Source: Cirrosporium novae-zelandiae (lineage: Eukaryota). From it: DNA of 64,000 nt. The stretch is from positions 62,001-126,000 of the forward strand of contig JAPETS010000031.1 of assembly GCA_026023565.1 (NCBI GenBank), read 5' to 3'. Position 1 is the first letter of the stretch. The number at the start of each line of letters is the position of its first letter. Shown one piece after another: positions 49,901 to 62,027 of the stretch. Below the pieces are notes generated by a model that saw nothing but the letters and a program-made list of their open reading frames with translations, was not told the DNA's origin and did not search any database. The position numbers and the translations under genes were made by a program.

Positions 49901-51398
49901 TATGATCAGAGAGCAGGGAACTCGACAGTCGCAAGCTGCATGCTCTTTGTCTGCACAGCGTCGCTGGGCAGTTACCGGAACCCCCGTTCAGAATAGGCTA
50001 GATGACCTAGGGGCGTTGCTCAAGTTCTTGCGAATCAAGCCTTTCGATGACAGGGGAGGTTTCACGCAATTCATTTTAAGTCCATTCAAGATAGCCGACC
50101 CAGAAATCCTCCCAAAATTGCGCGTTTTGGTTGACAGTATTACACTTCGGAGGTTGAAAGACCGAATTACTCTACCACCTCGTTTCGATCAGCGTGCTGA
50201 GCTTGAATTCTCTCCAGATGAAAAGGCTTTGTACGTTTGGTTCGAACAGGATATTAGCAAGAAAATGAAGGCAATGTTTGGGGTTCAAAAGCGCCAGACT
50301 TTAGGAGGGAAGTCTTACGTTCATGTGCTCAAGGCAATCTTGCGCCTGAGACTCGTTTCTGCCCATGGCAAGGATCTGCTTTCTGAAGAAGACCTTAAGA
50401 TTGCTGAAGGGTTTAGCCGAGATAATGCAATTACTCTTGATGACGATGAGGAAATCGAGCGGCCATCTTTGAGCGAGAAGCAAGCTTATGATATGCTTGA
50501 TATGATGGAGAGCAGTGGAGTGCCGGCTACCTGCGTTAATTGCAGTAGTCCTGTGCGACCCAAAGAAATCGGAGAATTTAGTGACGAGGAATCTAGTTCT
50601 AAGGACGAGGTTCTTGGTTACATGATGGAATGCTATAACGTTATCTGCAAGAATTGTATTTCAAGTGTCAAAGCCCTTCTCGAAAGCAAAATCGAGGATG
50701 GAAATATGGTCCACTGCCCTTTTTGTGATATCTCAACACGTCTCTCGTTCTTTGAATTGACCCAGAGTGGATTTGATCTGATCGAAAAAAAAAAAACTAT
50801 GCAAAAGGATAGCCCTACGAAGGCCAAGATGTTGGCGCGATACGAAGGACCACATACCAAGACACAAGCACTCCTAGATTCTTTAATAGAGTCTCAGAAA
50901 GAGAGCCAAGCACATCCAGACGCGCTTCCTATAAAGAGTGTTGTTTTCTCGCAATGGACCCGGCATCTTGATCTGATTGAGATTGCTTTCGATTATAAAG
51001 ATATCGGGTACACTCGATTGGATGGATCTATGCCTCGCATAGCTAGGAATAAAGCACTTGAAGCGTTCCGTGATGATCCAAAAATTACGGTCATTCTCGT
51101 TTCTATAAATGCGGGTGGACTAGGTCTTAACTTGACAGCGGCCTCAAAAGTCTATGTCATGGAACCGCAGTACAACCCTGCTGCAGAAGCGCAAGCAGTT
51201 GAGAGAGTTCACCGTCTCGGTCAGAAACGTCCCGTAACTATAACCAGATTCATTATGAAAAATAGCTTTGAAGAGAGGATGGTTGAGCTGCAAGAGAAGA
51301 AGTTGAAGTTGGCGGAGATGAGCATGAACAGAGGAAAAGTGGACAACGTGGATGTGGCTAGGTCCAAACTTCAAGAAATTCGAAGCCTCTTCAAGTGA
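46960..51398 (+). CDS. SNF2-family helicase with RING finger (Rad5/Rad16-like group); proposed exons 46960-47092, 47374-48558, 48610-51398
   Basis: GGLLADVMGLGKT, RIVLDEAH, TGTPVQN, RING-like CVNC...C.NVICKNC...CPFC, FSQW, GGLGLNL, QAVERVHRLGQ. Intron 48559-48609 joins ORFs 47436 and 48582 in frame. The first exon and start are tentative. Confidence 0.88.
47778..48233 (+). repeat. 72-bp (24-aa) coding tandem repeat, 6 full copies plus 1 partial
   Basis: Units start at 47778, 47850, 47922, 47994, 48066, 48138, 48210; consensus xLPFGxELxDLPxxFxxQxPSPxI. Confidence 0.92.
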
Positions 51399-52554
51399 AA
51401 AACAATATCAAAAGGTGGTTGGTATATCATGGACCTGATTAGCAGACAACCGGTATTACATTGCTAGCTTTTGACAACAGTTTGCTTGTTCACACTATGG
51501 CGAAATTTCTGCATGACGAGCAAAGAACCCGTTATCAAGCAAGGCATTGACCATGAATATCCAGGAATTCTTCTAATGATCCAGTCATGAGAAATATTTG
51601 TAGGGTGCAGACTGTTTCTATGGGAATCTCATGATCTTATGACTTACGAAGAATGATGATACTGCGTTCAAAGACTCCTTTCTTATAATTATTCCCAGTC
51701 TGTTTCTTCAACTTGTGCGTGCGTGTCAAATGAGCTACCCACCAGCGAGCGAGCAAGCGACCAACGCAAAAAAACAAAAACAAAAAACACAAATAAATTT
51801 TTATTTTTCCTGTTTTTTTTTCTCCTTGATTGAATTGTGACTTTTCCCATATCTTATCGATACCCAGGCGTTTTTTCCCCCCTCTTCTCTTTTTTCCAAA
51901 TTTCAAGAGGTTCCTATGAGTCCTTGGAATTGCAATGGACGGACACACACACACAGAGAGAGAGAGGTTATACCCCTCCCCCCCCCCCAGTTTAATCACA
52001 TTTTACATTTTTCAAACCCGTTCGTTCGTTCTTGCTAGAGCTAGAGCTAGTTTTTAGAAACTTGAAATATTGATTACTATTACCCTTTTAATTATTTAAT
52101 TTTTATATTCGTAATGAGACTACTTAGGTACTGTACACAATACTTGATAATTATGGAGGTGAGTAGGAAGGAAGGAAGTCCCCTTCTTTTCTTTTTCTCG
52201 CTTTGGTATTTAATCGAGAGTTTTTGGTATTGCTGTTGTTACTGTTATTGTTTTGTCTATCCGGGGCTTGAGGATTGAGGATGGAGTGAGAAATGGAGAA
52301 ATGGTATATTGTGTATTATGATCTTTAGTTTGAGAAAGAGGGAGTGAGTGATTGAGTGAATGATAGTGAAAAGAGAGGTTTGGAGGTATGGAGGGAAGTT
52401 TAGACAGATATGTATATTGGATTGGATTTGGATTGGTAATGCATCTTGAAATTAAGTATTTAGCAAGTGAGATTGCAGTCTGTCCAGGATATGGTCTCCC
52501 CCAGCTCGTCATTGAATCAATCCAACCCCTTCTCCCCGTATAAAAAATAGATCC

Positions 52555-53171
52555 TTACTCCCTTCGGACCCCCCGAACCACCTCATCCAAACGAGCCAAA
52601 ACATCCTCCCTCTCCCCCGCAGCCTTTATCCTCTCCTCCTCCGCCTCCTGCAACTCCGCTTCCAGGACCCGAATCCTATCCTCCTGCTCCTTGGCACTGC
52701 TCCCGATACCAGGCAACCTCGCTATCAGTTTCTCGATCTGCTGTTCCTTCTGCACGAGGTCTGTGGCTAGCTCATCTAGACGAGAGGCGAAGAGGTCGGG
52801 GGCGTCGGCGCCTTCGTTGTGGTTGGGGGATGGGGGGTCGTTTTGGGCGTTATTGTTATTGTTATTGTTATTATTATTGTTGGGGTTGGAGTCGTCCTGG
52901 TGGGTTTCTTCTTGGTTTTGGGTGGTGGTGTTGGAGGGGTCGCTGCTGTTTTGAGCGTTGTCTGAGGTTGAGATAGTGGGGTGGTCGGTTGGTAGGGGGG
53001 ATGGGTTGTGATGGGTGTTTATGTAGTAGATGCTGGCGTAGAATTGAGTGGCGAGCTATATGTGTGTATGTGGTGGTTAGTATTTGTGGAGGTGGTTGTT
53101 GGAGGAAGGCATAAGCGTACTAGGTCGAGACAGTCTTGGAGTTGGGTTAAGATATCGTTTCCATCTGCCAT
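52555..53171 (-). CDS. MED21: Mediator subunit Med21/Srb7 (exons 53171-53121, 53055-52555)
   Basis: MADGNDILTQLQDCLD-LATQFYAS, ELATDLVQKEQQIEKLIARLPGIGSS, C-terminal coiled coil; intron 53120-53056; poly-Asn insertion in the loop. Confidence 0.92.
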
Positions 53172-53450
53172 TGTGGAGAAATTTGAGGACGGAATTGGCT
53201 GGAATAAGATTCAGGCGGACAGGAAAGGTCGCCCCTACTTGTTGTGAGGGTAGTCTAAGTAATTAATTGTGTTTGTTGTAGTTGTTGTGATTGCTATGTC
53301 ATTATACATCCATAGCCTTATCATAGGGCTGGAATTTATTTATTGCGCCTAAGATACTTTGGGGTCTAAGAAACTTGTGGAGGTCAAAGAGTCAAAATTT
53401 ACGGAGTACCTTGTACGATCCCGCGTAACCTCCAAAACTTTGTGACTTCA

Positions 53451-54176
53451 ATGCCGCCTTTCAGATGTAGTCTCTTCGCTCCTCCAAAGCGCATTTTCTC
53501 TACCCTTTCTGCTCGCCTTCAACAATCCCCTCACCACCATGACCTTCCAACCTTTCTGGCCTATGCTACCGGCAAGGAGCTTGATCCTACGTCTACTGTC
53601 TACGTTGGAACACACTATGAATATACAGTCGCATCCTCTCTCTCCCGGATCTCCATGACCCTCACCCGCGTCGGCGGAAGATCTGATGCCGGCGTTGATC
53701 TCCTCGGCCATTGGCATCTTCCTTCAACTTCTCCCCCGTATGCGCCTCTTCCTGTTCTTGTACAGTGCAAAGCTTTCCAAGCCAGCTCAAACTGGAGTGC
53801 AATAATGAGAGAAATGGAGGGTTCATTGGCTAGTGCACCGAGGGGGTGGAGGAAAGAGGGCGCCTCTGGGGGCGCTGTGGGAATTGTTGTGGGCCCGAGA
53901 ACTGCTACGAGAGGGGTTAGAACAACGATTGCGAATAGTTCGTGGCCGCTGTGTTGGGTTATGTGCGAGACTGATGGGAGGCTGACACAGGTGATTTGGA
54001 ATGGGAGGGCCGAGAGGTTGGGCTTGTTGGGGATTGGGGTTGGAAGTAAATATTTGACTACCAGTGAGGGGGTGAAAGAGGAGGTGGTCTTGACTTGGAA
54101 GGGCGAAGAGATTGCGCCGAGGAGTGAGAAAAAGGATGATATAGAAGGAGACAAAGGTGCCGAGGAGAGTAAATAG
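53451..54176 (+). CDS. RRG7: Rrg7/DUF2034-like mitochondrial protein (restriction-endonuclease-like fold)
   Basis: STVYVGTHYEY, RVGGRSDAGVDLLGHW, VLVQCK, REMEG, QVIWN; presequence-like N-terminus from ATG 53451. Confidence 0.8.
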   Translation: MPPFRCSLFAPPKRIFSTLSARLQQSPHHHDLPTFLAYATGKELDPTSTVYVGTHYEYTVASSLSRISMTLTRVGGRSDAGVDLLGHWHLPSTSPPYAPLPVLVQCKAFQASSNWSAIMREMEGSLASAPRGWRKEGASGGAVGIVVGPRTATRGVRTTIANSSWPLCWVMCETDGRLTQVIWNGRAERLGLLGIGVGSKYLTTSEGVKEEVVLTWKGEEIAPRSEKKDDIEGDKGAEESK

Positions 54177-54678
54177 GGCTGGATAAAGAGTGATTAGAAA
54201 ACACAACGGCCTCGGAGTAAGATGAACATTTCATGATGGGCAACATCTACTATGATGAAGGTTAGCCAAGACATTGAAGAAAGAGGCGATTTGGATCTCC
54301 ACAAACTAGGTATCTACACCTATCTAGGGATCCTGAGAACATTTGCTGCTGTTTGGGACACTACATATCTACGGCAAGTTGGATATTTGACAAGATTTCT
54401 GACCATGTCCGTAGGCTTAACCAATCCAGTCCGACTCCGTGCCTCGGTCTTGTCGATCGAAATTGTTTTTTCTCTCGGTATCCCCACTTTTTTAAATATA
54501 AATTATAAATACGTACGGATTGCGATTGGTATATAAAGTCCACTGTGCCGAGACACCTGTATTGGGTAGCAAGAATCAAAAATTATAATATATACACATC
54601 TCTATTATTTTCAGATAAGCCTTATCAATAACAAATTCCCAGTCGATTTGATTTATTACATCATATTAAATCACCAAC

Positions 54679-55209
54679 ATGTCACAAGCATTGAAACTTA
54701 CAGCTTTTACCCATTTGGCTATCGCCCTGGCCCACACAGTATGAATATATTCTCATCATTTTCAAAGCCGAAGCTCGAAAAGAAACTCAAACTTTAACTA
54801 CCTTCCCAGGCCGCCGGTATTGAAACCTTCAAATTTGAAAACATTCAAGCGCTCTCTACCATCGTTGCCGCACGTGCAAGAGCTGGTTGGTTCGAAGGGA
54901 GTGTATTTTTCGTAATTACAGGTTCGCGCATTCATTCTTACTTTCAAAGAAAGAAACATCTGTCACTGTTTTCCTCCAAAGGTTTTCACCCAAGCTGACT
55001 TTTTTTTCCGCTGTGCATTAGCCATTCAGAATTGGAAATGGGCTACGACAGGAGGAGTGCGCAATCCCTTGGACAAAGCCATTGCCGGGCTCACGGCCGT
55101 GCTTTACTTGGGCGCTGGTTTATGGTATAGCAGAAATGGAGATCCATCCTCCATGGGTGCCTTGGGGTTGGGCGCGGGGTTGCAAGCATATTCTGCCTTC
55201 TGTGCTTGA
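54679..55209 (+). CDS. Small hypothetical membrane protein, 119 aa (exons 54679-54738, 54810-54921, 55022-55209)
   Basis: CCAACATG start context; introns GTATGA...CCCAG and GTTCGC...GCTGAC...ATTAG are phase-compatible and give a stop-free hydrophobic protein. Absent from the ORF track. Confidence 0.78.
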
Positions 55210-55669
55210 ATTATCACCACTCTGGAGACGGATCTTTGAAGACTATTAGTAGGTAATGTTATGGATCCTTTGTCTAAAAGAGCGTGTATATATAACAATG
55301 TTTGTTGGGGGATATTAGTCCTGGCTACTTATCGTTGACGTCTTTCTTACAGAATGGAAATTCTTGTGGGTGGTGAGCTTTGAAGGGTTCTAGCTTTCCC
55401 TTGCGGCACTGGAATGCTTCAAGGACTATCACTTTACTTCTCATTAGATTCCGAACTGCTCGGGTTCTGAACTAATCTTTTCATTTGCCTTTATTTATTG
55501 ACTAGAGCTTCCACCTATTAAACAGGCCAGTTTGTCTTTAATCCGCTTTTCATAGAATTTATCTTCTATTTCTGACCCAACCCCATTTAAACTAGCACAT
55601 CGACCCCAATTAAGAAGAGCTAGTTGTGATTATATTATTTCATTCAATCACGAGTTCTCATCGGTCAAC

Positions 55670-56320
55670 ATGTCTGAACTCCTCTTCTTCATTGTTATGC
55701 TGGTTCTCTGGATCTTCTACTTTCCGTTATACTGCTATCGCATATATCGGTCGCTCTCTTGTTTTCGATATCGTCACGCCTCTCCATGTACATTCGTTGA
55801 ATCGATCGAACGCCTTCGGGATGATACTAGCAACCTCAGCTGGGCCCTTCTAGGCTATGCGCCTCTCCTGTCTCTGACGCTCACTGTGGCATTTTCTCCC
55901 CACATCGGACTTGTTTCCGATGTCCGAATCATGCCTGAAAATGGTTCAACAAACTACATCCTACTCGGCTTCTTGGTACCTAGTATAGTGCTGATGTACC
56001 TCATGACTATGGTCTGGGCCTTCAATAGCGCCTTTCTGGAGCGCATCCCCCCCGCGCTTTTCTGCCCTAGTTGTCGTTACGATACGTTCAGCTTTCTCGT
56101 TGGCCGCGGAAGAAAACCGTCTGCTCAGGGCCCCGATGCTATCGAAGTGAAAGCGGCATATAGGAAGATTGGTATAGCTATTAAAGAATCCAATAAGTAC
56201 TTTGATTGTGAGCAGCTCAAGGACCTATTGAGGGACGAAGAAGGGGGGGTGAAGGAGATGCATGTGATATATAATTTATGCGATACCCACTACGACGAGA
56301 TACATCGCCTACCATGCTAG
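55670..56320 (+). CDS. Hypothetical membrane protein, 216 aa
   Basis: Intronless ORF with TCAACATG context and three hydrophobic segments; CPSC downstream; no family recognised. Confidence 0.6.
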   Translation: MSELLFFIVMLVLWIFYFPLYCYRIYRSLSCFRYRHASPCTFVESIERLRDDTSNLSWALLGYAPLLSLTLTVAFSPHIGLVSDVRIMPENGSTNYILLGFLVPSIVLMYLMTMVWAFNSAFLERIPPALFCPSCRYDTFSFLVGRGRKPSAQGPDAIEVKAAYRKIGIAIKESNKYFDCEQLKDLLRDEEGGVKEMHVIYNLCDTHYDEIHRLPC

Positions 56321-57113
56321 ACGTTATCGATTTTGGGCTGATTTTGCATTACGGAGTATTTCTACATTAGCTTGGCGAATATGATTTACTAATATTATAA
56401 ACTACATGCTAAATTATCTGAAATAGCTGTTTTGACTTAGTGATATAGACAAACGGGATAATCAGTTGCTTTAAATACACACTTTATAAAATATAAATAT
56501 GATTATTATCCATCTCCAAGGCCCAATCAGACGTATTTTACACCACGTATAATTTTTTTATGTACAGTACAGTAATAGGCTATGATACTGGTACTTAATC
56601 TCCCCTACATCTAACTATCTAAAATATCTAGCTAACTAGCTTCAAAAACAGCAATATTCACCAATTCACATCGAGGGGGGCCCTTCAAACAAACTCTAAA
56701 CTAGTTTTCTATAGAAATTGCTTTTTTTGTTTGACATGTCGGAGAGGCATCGGAGAGGCGTCTAGAAAAAACCCACGATTGACTGATCCGTTTGAAGGCT
56801 AAGTATTAATGGCCTGGGATTGTAGTCTATGTTGGTATGCTATCACTTTGTGGGCATACACACGATAAGATTAGATAAGGATTCCCACTTGGTTCTTTTA
56901 ATAGTTACCCCTCCACTCGTGCTCTATCGGAGGTCAACGAAACGTCGCGCTCGACCGGGATATAAGTAGGACAGAAGATGGCTATCATGGCTTTTACTTA
57001 TATCAGCGAGGCCTATCCGTTTGTTGGATTTACAATCTCACCATATAAACCATTGGTATTGGCAACCATCTGGGGTTAGGAGCAGCAACAAAATATATCC
57101 CACTTTTGCAAAC

Positions 57114-58609
57114 ATGGCAACCTTGTCGGAAACCCTTCAACGTGATCCTGGGTTTCCTGTTCCAGAACCTACGGAAGCCTACTGGCAAAAACCTCCTCAT
57201 TCGATTTCTGATATCCAGTCATCGAAACTGCCTAGTGAGACGTCTGTGGCTATCATCGGATCAGGGATTACCGGGGCCAGTGTTGCATACCATCTACTTA
57301 AAAACGATCCCACATTGTCAATTACTATCTTTGAAGCACGCACGGCCACATCAGGCGCAACAGGGCGGAATGGAGGCCACATCAAGGATGTCCCATATCA
57401 CAACTATATTGAGCTAATGGAGGCCTATGGTAAAGGAGCGGCAATAAAGATCACTAAATTCAAAATGGCCCAGAAGGCGGCTGTTCAGCAAGCAGTCCTA
57501 GAATTAGAAAAGGAAGACGCTTCTCGGACGGAATTGAGATCGGTTGAAAGCCTTGATGCGATATATGACATTCAGACCTGGGAGCATGCCAAGAAAGCCC
57601 GTGAAGTATGGCTTGGGGATTTCCCTGGGGAGAAAGAGAGATATGGTGTTTATGAAGCCGAGGAGGCGAGGAAGGTATGCAAATGGTTCTCTTATGCTTT
57701 ATTGTTTGTACCTCGAGGAAAAGCCTAAAAGAATGACTGTAGAAGTTTGGAATGCCCAATGTCGTTGGTATCTTGACTAGCCCCCAGGGTGCCATCTGGC
57801 CTTATCGATTTGTGACCGCTCTCCTCTCTTCCCTGCTTGCAAAACATCCCAACATGAAGCTAGAGACCCAGACTCCGGTAACCAACGTCACTGATTCATC
57901 ATCATCCGATTTCCCATATGAGATCACCACTCCCCGGGGCACCATTCTAGCAAAACATGTCGTGCATTGTACAAATGGTTATGTTGCCCATTTGTTACCA
58001 ACCTTGCGGGGAAGCGTTGTTCCACTTCGCGGACAGATGACCGTACAGTCACCCCCACCTGACTTCCCACGCGTCGGCGCTACTAGATCCTGGTCTTTGC
58101 TATCTCAAAATATGTTCGACTACATGACGCAGTCACCAGGTCCGGATGGAAACATCTATCTGGGAGGTGGGTTTAGAGAAGCCATGGCCGTCGGATCTCT
58201 CGAAATCGGCTCCACAAACGACAGCGAGCTCAGCGAAGCTTCCCTTGATCATTTGAGGGGGCAGATAGATAGAGAATTCGACAGAGGCAAAGGAACCGAG
58301 ATTCGAGAGAAATGGACAGGCATCATGGGTTATACGCCCGATTTGCTGCCAATGGTCGGTAAATTAGATGAGAAGCTCACCGGAAGGAAGTCTGCCGGGG
58401 CCAATGGCAGAGAGTGGATAGCAGCGGGCTTCTGCGGACATGGTATGGTTTATTGTTGGCTTTCTGGGAAGGCAGTCGCCGAAATGCTGAAAGGTGGCGA
58501 AGAAGCCTGCAAAGACTGGTTCCCGCTACAGCAATTTGCATGCACCCAGGAACGGTTGTGTCCCGAGTCCGACACTGAAAAGGTTCTTAGGGCTTTAATG
58601 GGACGTTAA
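57114..58609 (+). CDS. FAD-dependent oxidoreductase, DAO/PuuB-like family (exons 57114-57674, 57743-58609)
   Basis: VAIIGSGITG, FEAR...SGATGRNGGH, VVHCTNGY, PLRGQM, WTGIMGYTPD.LP.VG, AAGFCGHGM; intron 57675-57742. Confidence 0.9.
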
Positions 58610-59059
58610 AGGGCACTTTGTTGGGAAATGTTGAAAAAGAGCTAGTCTATTGGCAGACTAATTTTGCTGCCCATAGCTGACAAAAAGCATGGGATATAAA
58701 ATCTAACTAACCTCAAGCTTGAATTGGGGGGTTTGACAAAATCTCTGGCTAGCTAGAGCTAAGCTGGAGGTGCACCATCTGCCTATTCTAAGTTAGCTAC
58801 AATCAAATATCAGTCAATCCCTAGTTTTCGTTTCGAATCTACAGAAGACTTGCGGATTTGTGATAAGATTGTAGTCGATTCTAGACATGTAAACGATAAT
58901 AATGCCTTATAACTCAAAAAGGTCAAAGAAATTCATTAAGAACAATATCATTGGGTGAAATCGTGTCCAAACTGTCGTTTCTGACCCTTCCCAAGGCCAT
59001 TCATCATACAACGCATCCGAAATCCGATCCAACGCCACAAGAAAGGGGTATCTCATATT

Positions 59060-59833
59060 TCACGCACCGCCCTGCATTGTATTCCAGAGATAATTGGCAT
59101 AAAAGAAGTTGGAGAATTTTGGATCGATATTCACAACATGCACATCTCCCTTTTGCGTATTGCGAATGACAGCTTTACTAAAATTGCCAGCCTTATCTGC
59201 TTCGACGTCGATGCCTAAGCTGCGATAAACTTTCAGTTTCAAACTAGAGGGTGTTAGTTAGCTAATCACAATCGAGAATTGCCGCTTTCAAAGCTCAGCT
59301 TACATTGTTGCATCCTCCATTTCCCGCACAGCTCTAGCACTCTCATCCCCTTCCACCCCCTGTATCTCCAGGTCTTGTAATCTTTCTTTCAGTCCTTGAA
59401 GCTCCTGTTCCAACCTCTCAGCCTCAATTTCTAGGTCAGATGCAGCCTTTGCAATTCGGAACTTCTGGGTATCTAGCTCCACAATCTGTGTTGCATGCTG
59501 GCTGTTATCATGGTTGGTGACGGTTTCATTGTGATGTGATTCGAGAGTTGAAAGATTCCGGGAGAGTTCTAGGGGATATTAGTATTAATGCGATAGTATC
59601 CTTGTGAGAGAAAAGAGCTACTTCTTAGTGCGCTCTCAGCTTCCCGAACCCGAAGGTCTCGAGCTTGTTGTAGTGCAGAGAGGGATTCGGTGATGCGACC
59701 AAGGGCAAGCCTGTCGGGTTGTATATTGAAATTACCAATGGTATGGTGAATTAACTGTGTTAGAATATCAGCAATATACTTGTTGAAGAGGGGTATTAAA
59801 TCATACAGTAGCTGGATCTTCGTCGAGAAGCAT
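59060..59833 (-). CDS. SPC24: Kinetochore Ndc80-complex subunit Spc24 (4 exons)
   Basis: [42 protein letters not shown] coiled coil, [12 protein letters not shown]...[21 protein letters not shown]; three GT-AG introns. Confidence 0.92.
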
Positions 59834-60166
59834 GGTGAAGGACTCGACAATATAATAATTACCCAGGTAAAGATGTTTACGATGATCTCATGGAAAAAGT
59901 AGAATGTCAACAAACGAAAGTCCTCTCGACCGAGAGTTTCGGCTTCGGTCGGCGGCTGTGGCGTGCCAAAGTAATAAGCCACCGTGCCGCTCAGAAAACC
60001 AAAGTCAACCCCCCATGCCACCTGACGTCGATCTTGTGAGAACTCCAGATTGATACTACCTCTTTTGAAGAATCATTAACTTGTAATTGAATCGTTTTTC
60101 CGATTCTATTGATTCTTTGTACTCTCTCCCCTCTTGCCTATCATAGGACATTTCTGAATTTTACTT

Positions 60167-60851
60167 ATGGGTTCAAATCTACCTTGTACGCCAACTTGAA
60201 CAGATCTCACCTAAAACCAAAGTAGATTTACTAACGATGCCTTACTACCCAGACGCGGCGGATGTGGAGAGGTCCGTTTGAACTTCCAGACTCCAAGGAA
60301 AAATGCCGATTGTGCAAGGACTTGGTGCTAATATTCATTTCCAAGGATAGTCCGCTGAAACCGGCCGAACTCCAAGTCCTCCGCGCGCAATATGAAAAAG
60401 AAGGCGATTATGTGGGGATACAAACAAAATTCAACTATGCTTGGGTATGGGACTTTTTGATTGCTTGTCACAGCAGACCTTCAGCTCAGAACATCTTCTG
60501 ACAGCGGATGGGTCTATATAGGGTTTAATCAAATCCAACGCCCGTCCTGAACAACAGGAAGGAGTCCGACTACTCTCGGAAATATTCCGAACCTCTCCAG
60601 AACGACGACGAGAATGTTTATATTATCTGGCGTTGGGGAACTTCAAGCTGGGCAATTATGCAGAAGCCCGAAGATACAATGATTTGCTGCTTGACCATGA
60701 GCCAGGCAATCTTCAAGCTGCCAGCCTGCGAAGCCTGATTGATGACAAAGTAGCTAAGGAAGGTCTAGTCGGAGTTGCAATACTGGGTGGAGTGGCGGTT
60801 GCGGCCGGGGTGTTAGGAGGTTTGATTATGAGGGGAGCAAGAAGACGATAG
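60167..60851 (+). CDS. FIS1: Mitochondrial fission protein Fis1 (4 exons, the first two 19 nt each)
   Basis: [31 protein letters not shown]...[13 protein letters not shown]...[22 protein letters not shown] region, C-terminal TM anchor ending ARRR. Confidence 0.95.
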
Positions 60852-62027
60852 AGTGTGTACGTGACTGCACGATTGCATGATTGCTGTGTGCGGGGAAAAG
60901 AGGGCCACTTGCATTTATTATTACATTACATCTTTGTAGCCTTATGCTGTTTTGGGGATAATTAGGATAACACAAGGCAGGGTTGTATTCCAATATGAAT
61001 TGTACACGATTACACAGTGAAGCCTACGAAAGCCTGTTCCAAGCCAAGTTGAATCTGAGGTGCCTGAGTGGCCAAATAACAACCTGGAAAGTCAAGTTAG
61101 CAATCAGGTACGTGGAAGGCGCATTGGTTTGTAGAATTGTAAACGAGGCTCTAAAACGTGGGAATTAATTTAATCTGCAGAAATATATAGGTAGGTATTC
61201 ACCCGAAGCATTTGCTGCAGCCTACGCATATAATTATATTCTTGAGCCTTGATACTTTATTGCCTAATTGTTATATTCTTGTCTAAGATTGACTTCAGAA
61301 AGTTAAAGAAGACGATAGAAGACCTGAATAATTGGGCTACCAAGTACATTTCACAGTCCATTGAGCTGCCACTTATCACCTCATAACCTAAGAGGACTTC
61401 AGCCTTAAGCTTCTTTTAATAAAAAAAACAAAAACAAAAGTAACCATCCTCAAGAAAGACGAAATTATTTTTTGTTACTTCAAGGATATCATTCTTTCCC
61501 ACCATCAAACATCAAAACAATACTATCAGACGACGTCATCGGAACTACTAATCATCGCCCAACGTCTTTCATCATCTTCCTCAGAATTAGCTGCAGGGCA
61601 GAAATCAAACACTTCTAGGAATTTCGCTCTTTATTGAATAAATCCATCACCTTTGCGAGTCACGTAACAAGGCCAGCTCATTCACTCTATTCGGTCGCGG
61701 ATCAGAACCGCCACCATTTCTCGCTGTCACCAGTACAGCCAGCCCTTGGCCTGCGATCTTAATCAGCCGGGAACACCAAAAGTTGTACAATCGGATACGC
61801 AATACCACCAAATGGTCCTCAGACCCAGCAAAGGCACCTGACAGGCTTACTCAAAAGGACGTACATAGTGCCAACTATTCAGCTGTTCATACTTTGCCTA
61901 TTTTTGCCAGTTTGCCTTATCGCTTCCTACATACGACCCTGAAGCGGGAGATTGAAGAGATATCACACATCATCATCTTCCTACTCATCTACTTTAGCTG
62001 TGTATTGTTCAGAGCCACACATATAAA

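Noticed and set aside
51637..52512. ORFs between the SNF2 helicase and MED21
   Set aside because: Homopolymer- and dinucleotide-rich convergent intergenic DNA.
59569..60021. 150-aa ORF overlapping SPC24 and its promoter
   Set aside because: Chance read-through from promoter and intron into SPC24 exon 2; the real start is ATG 59833.
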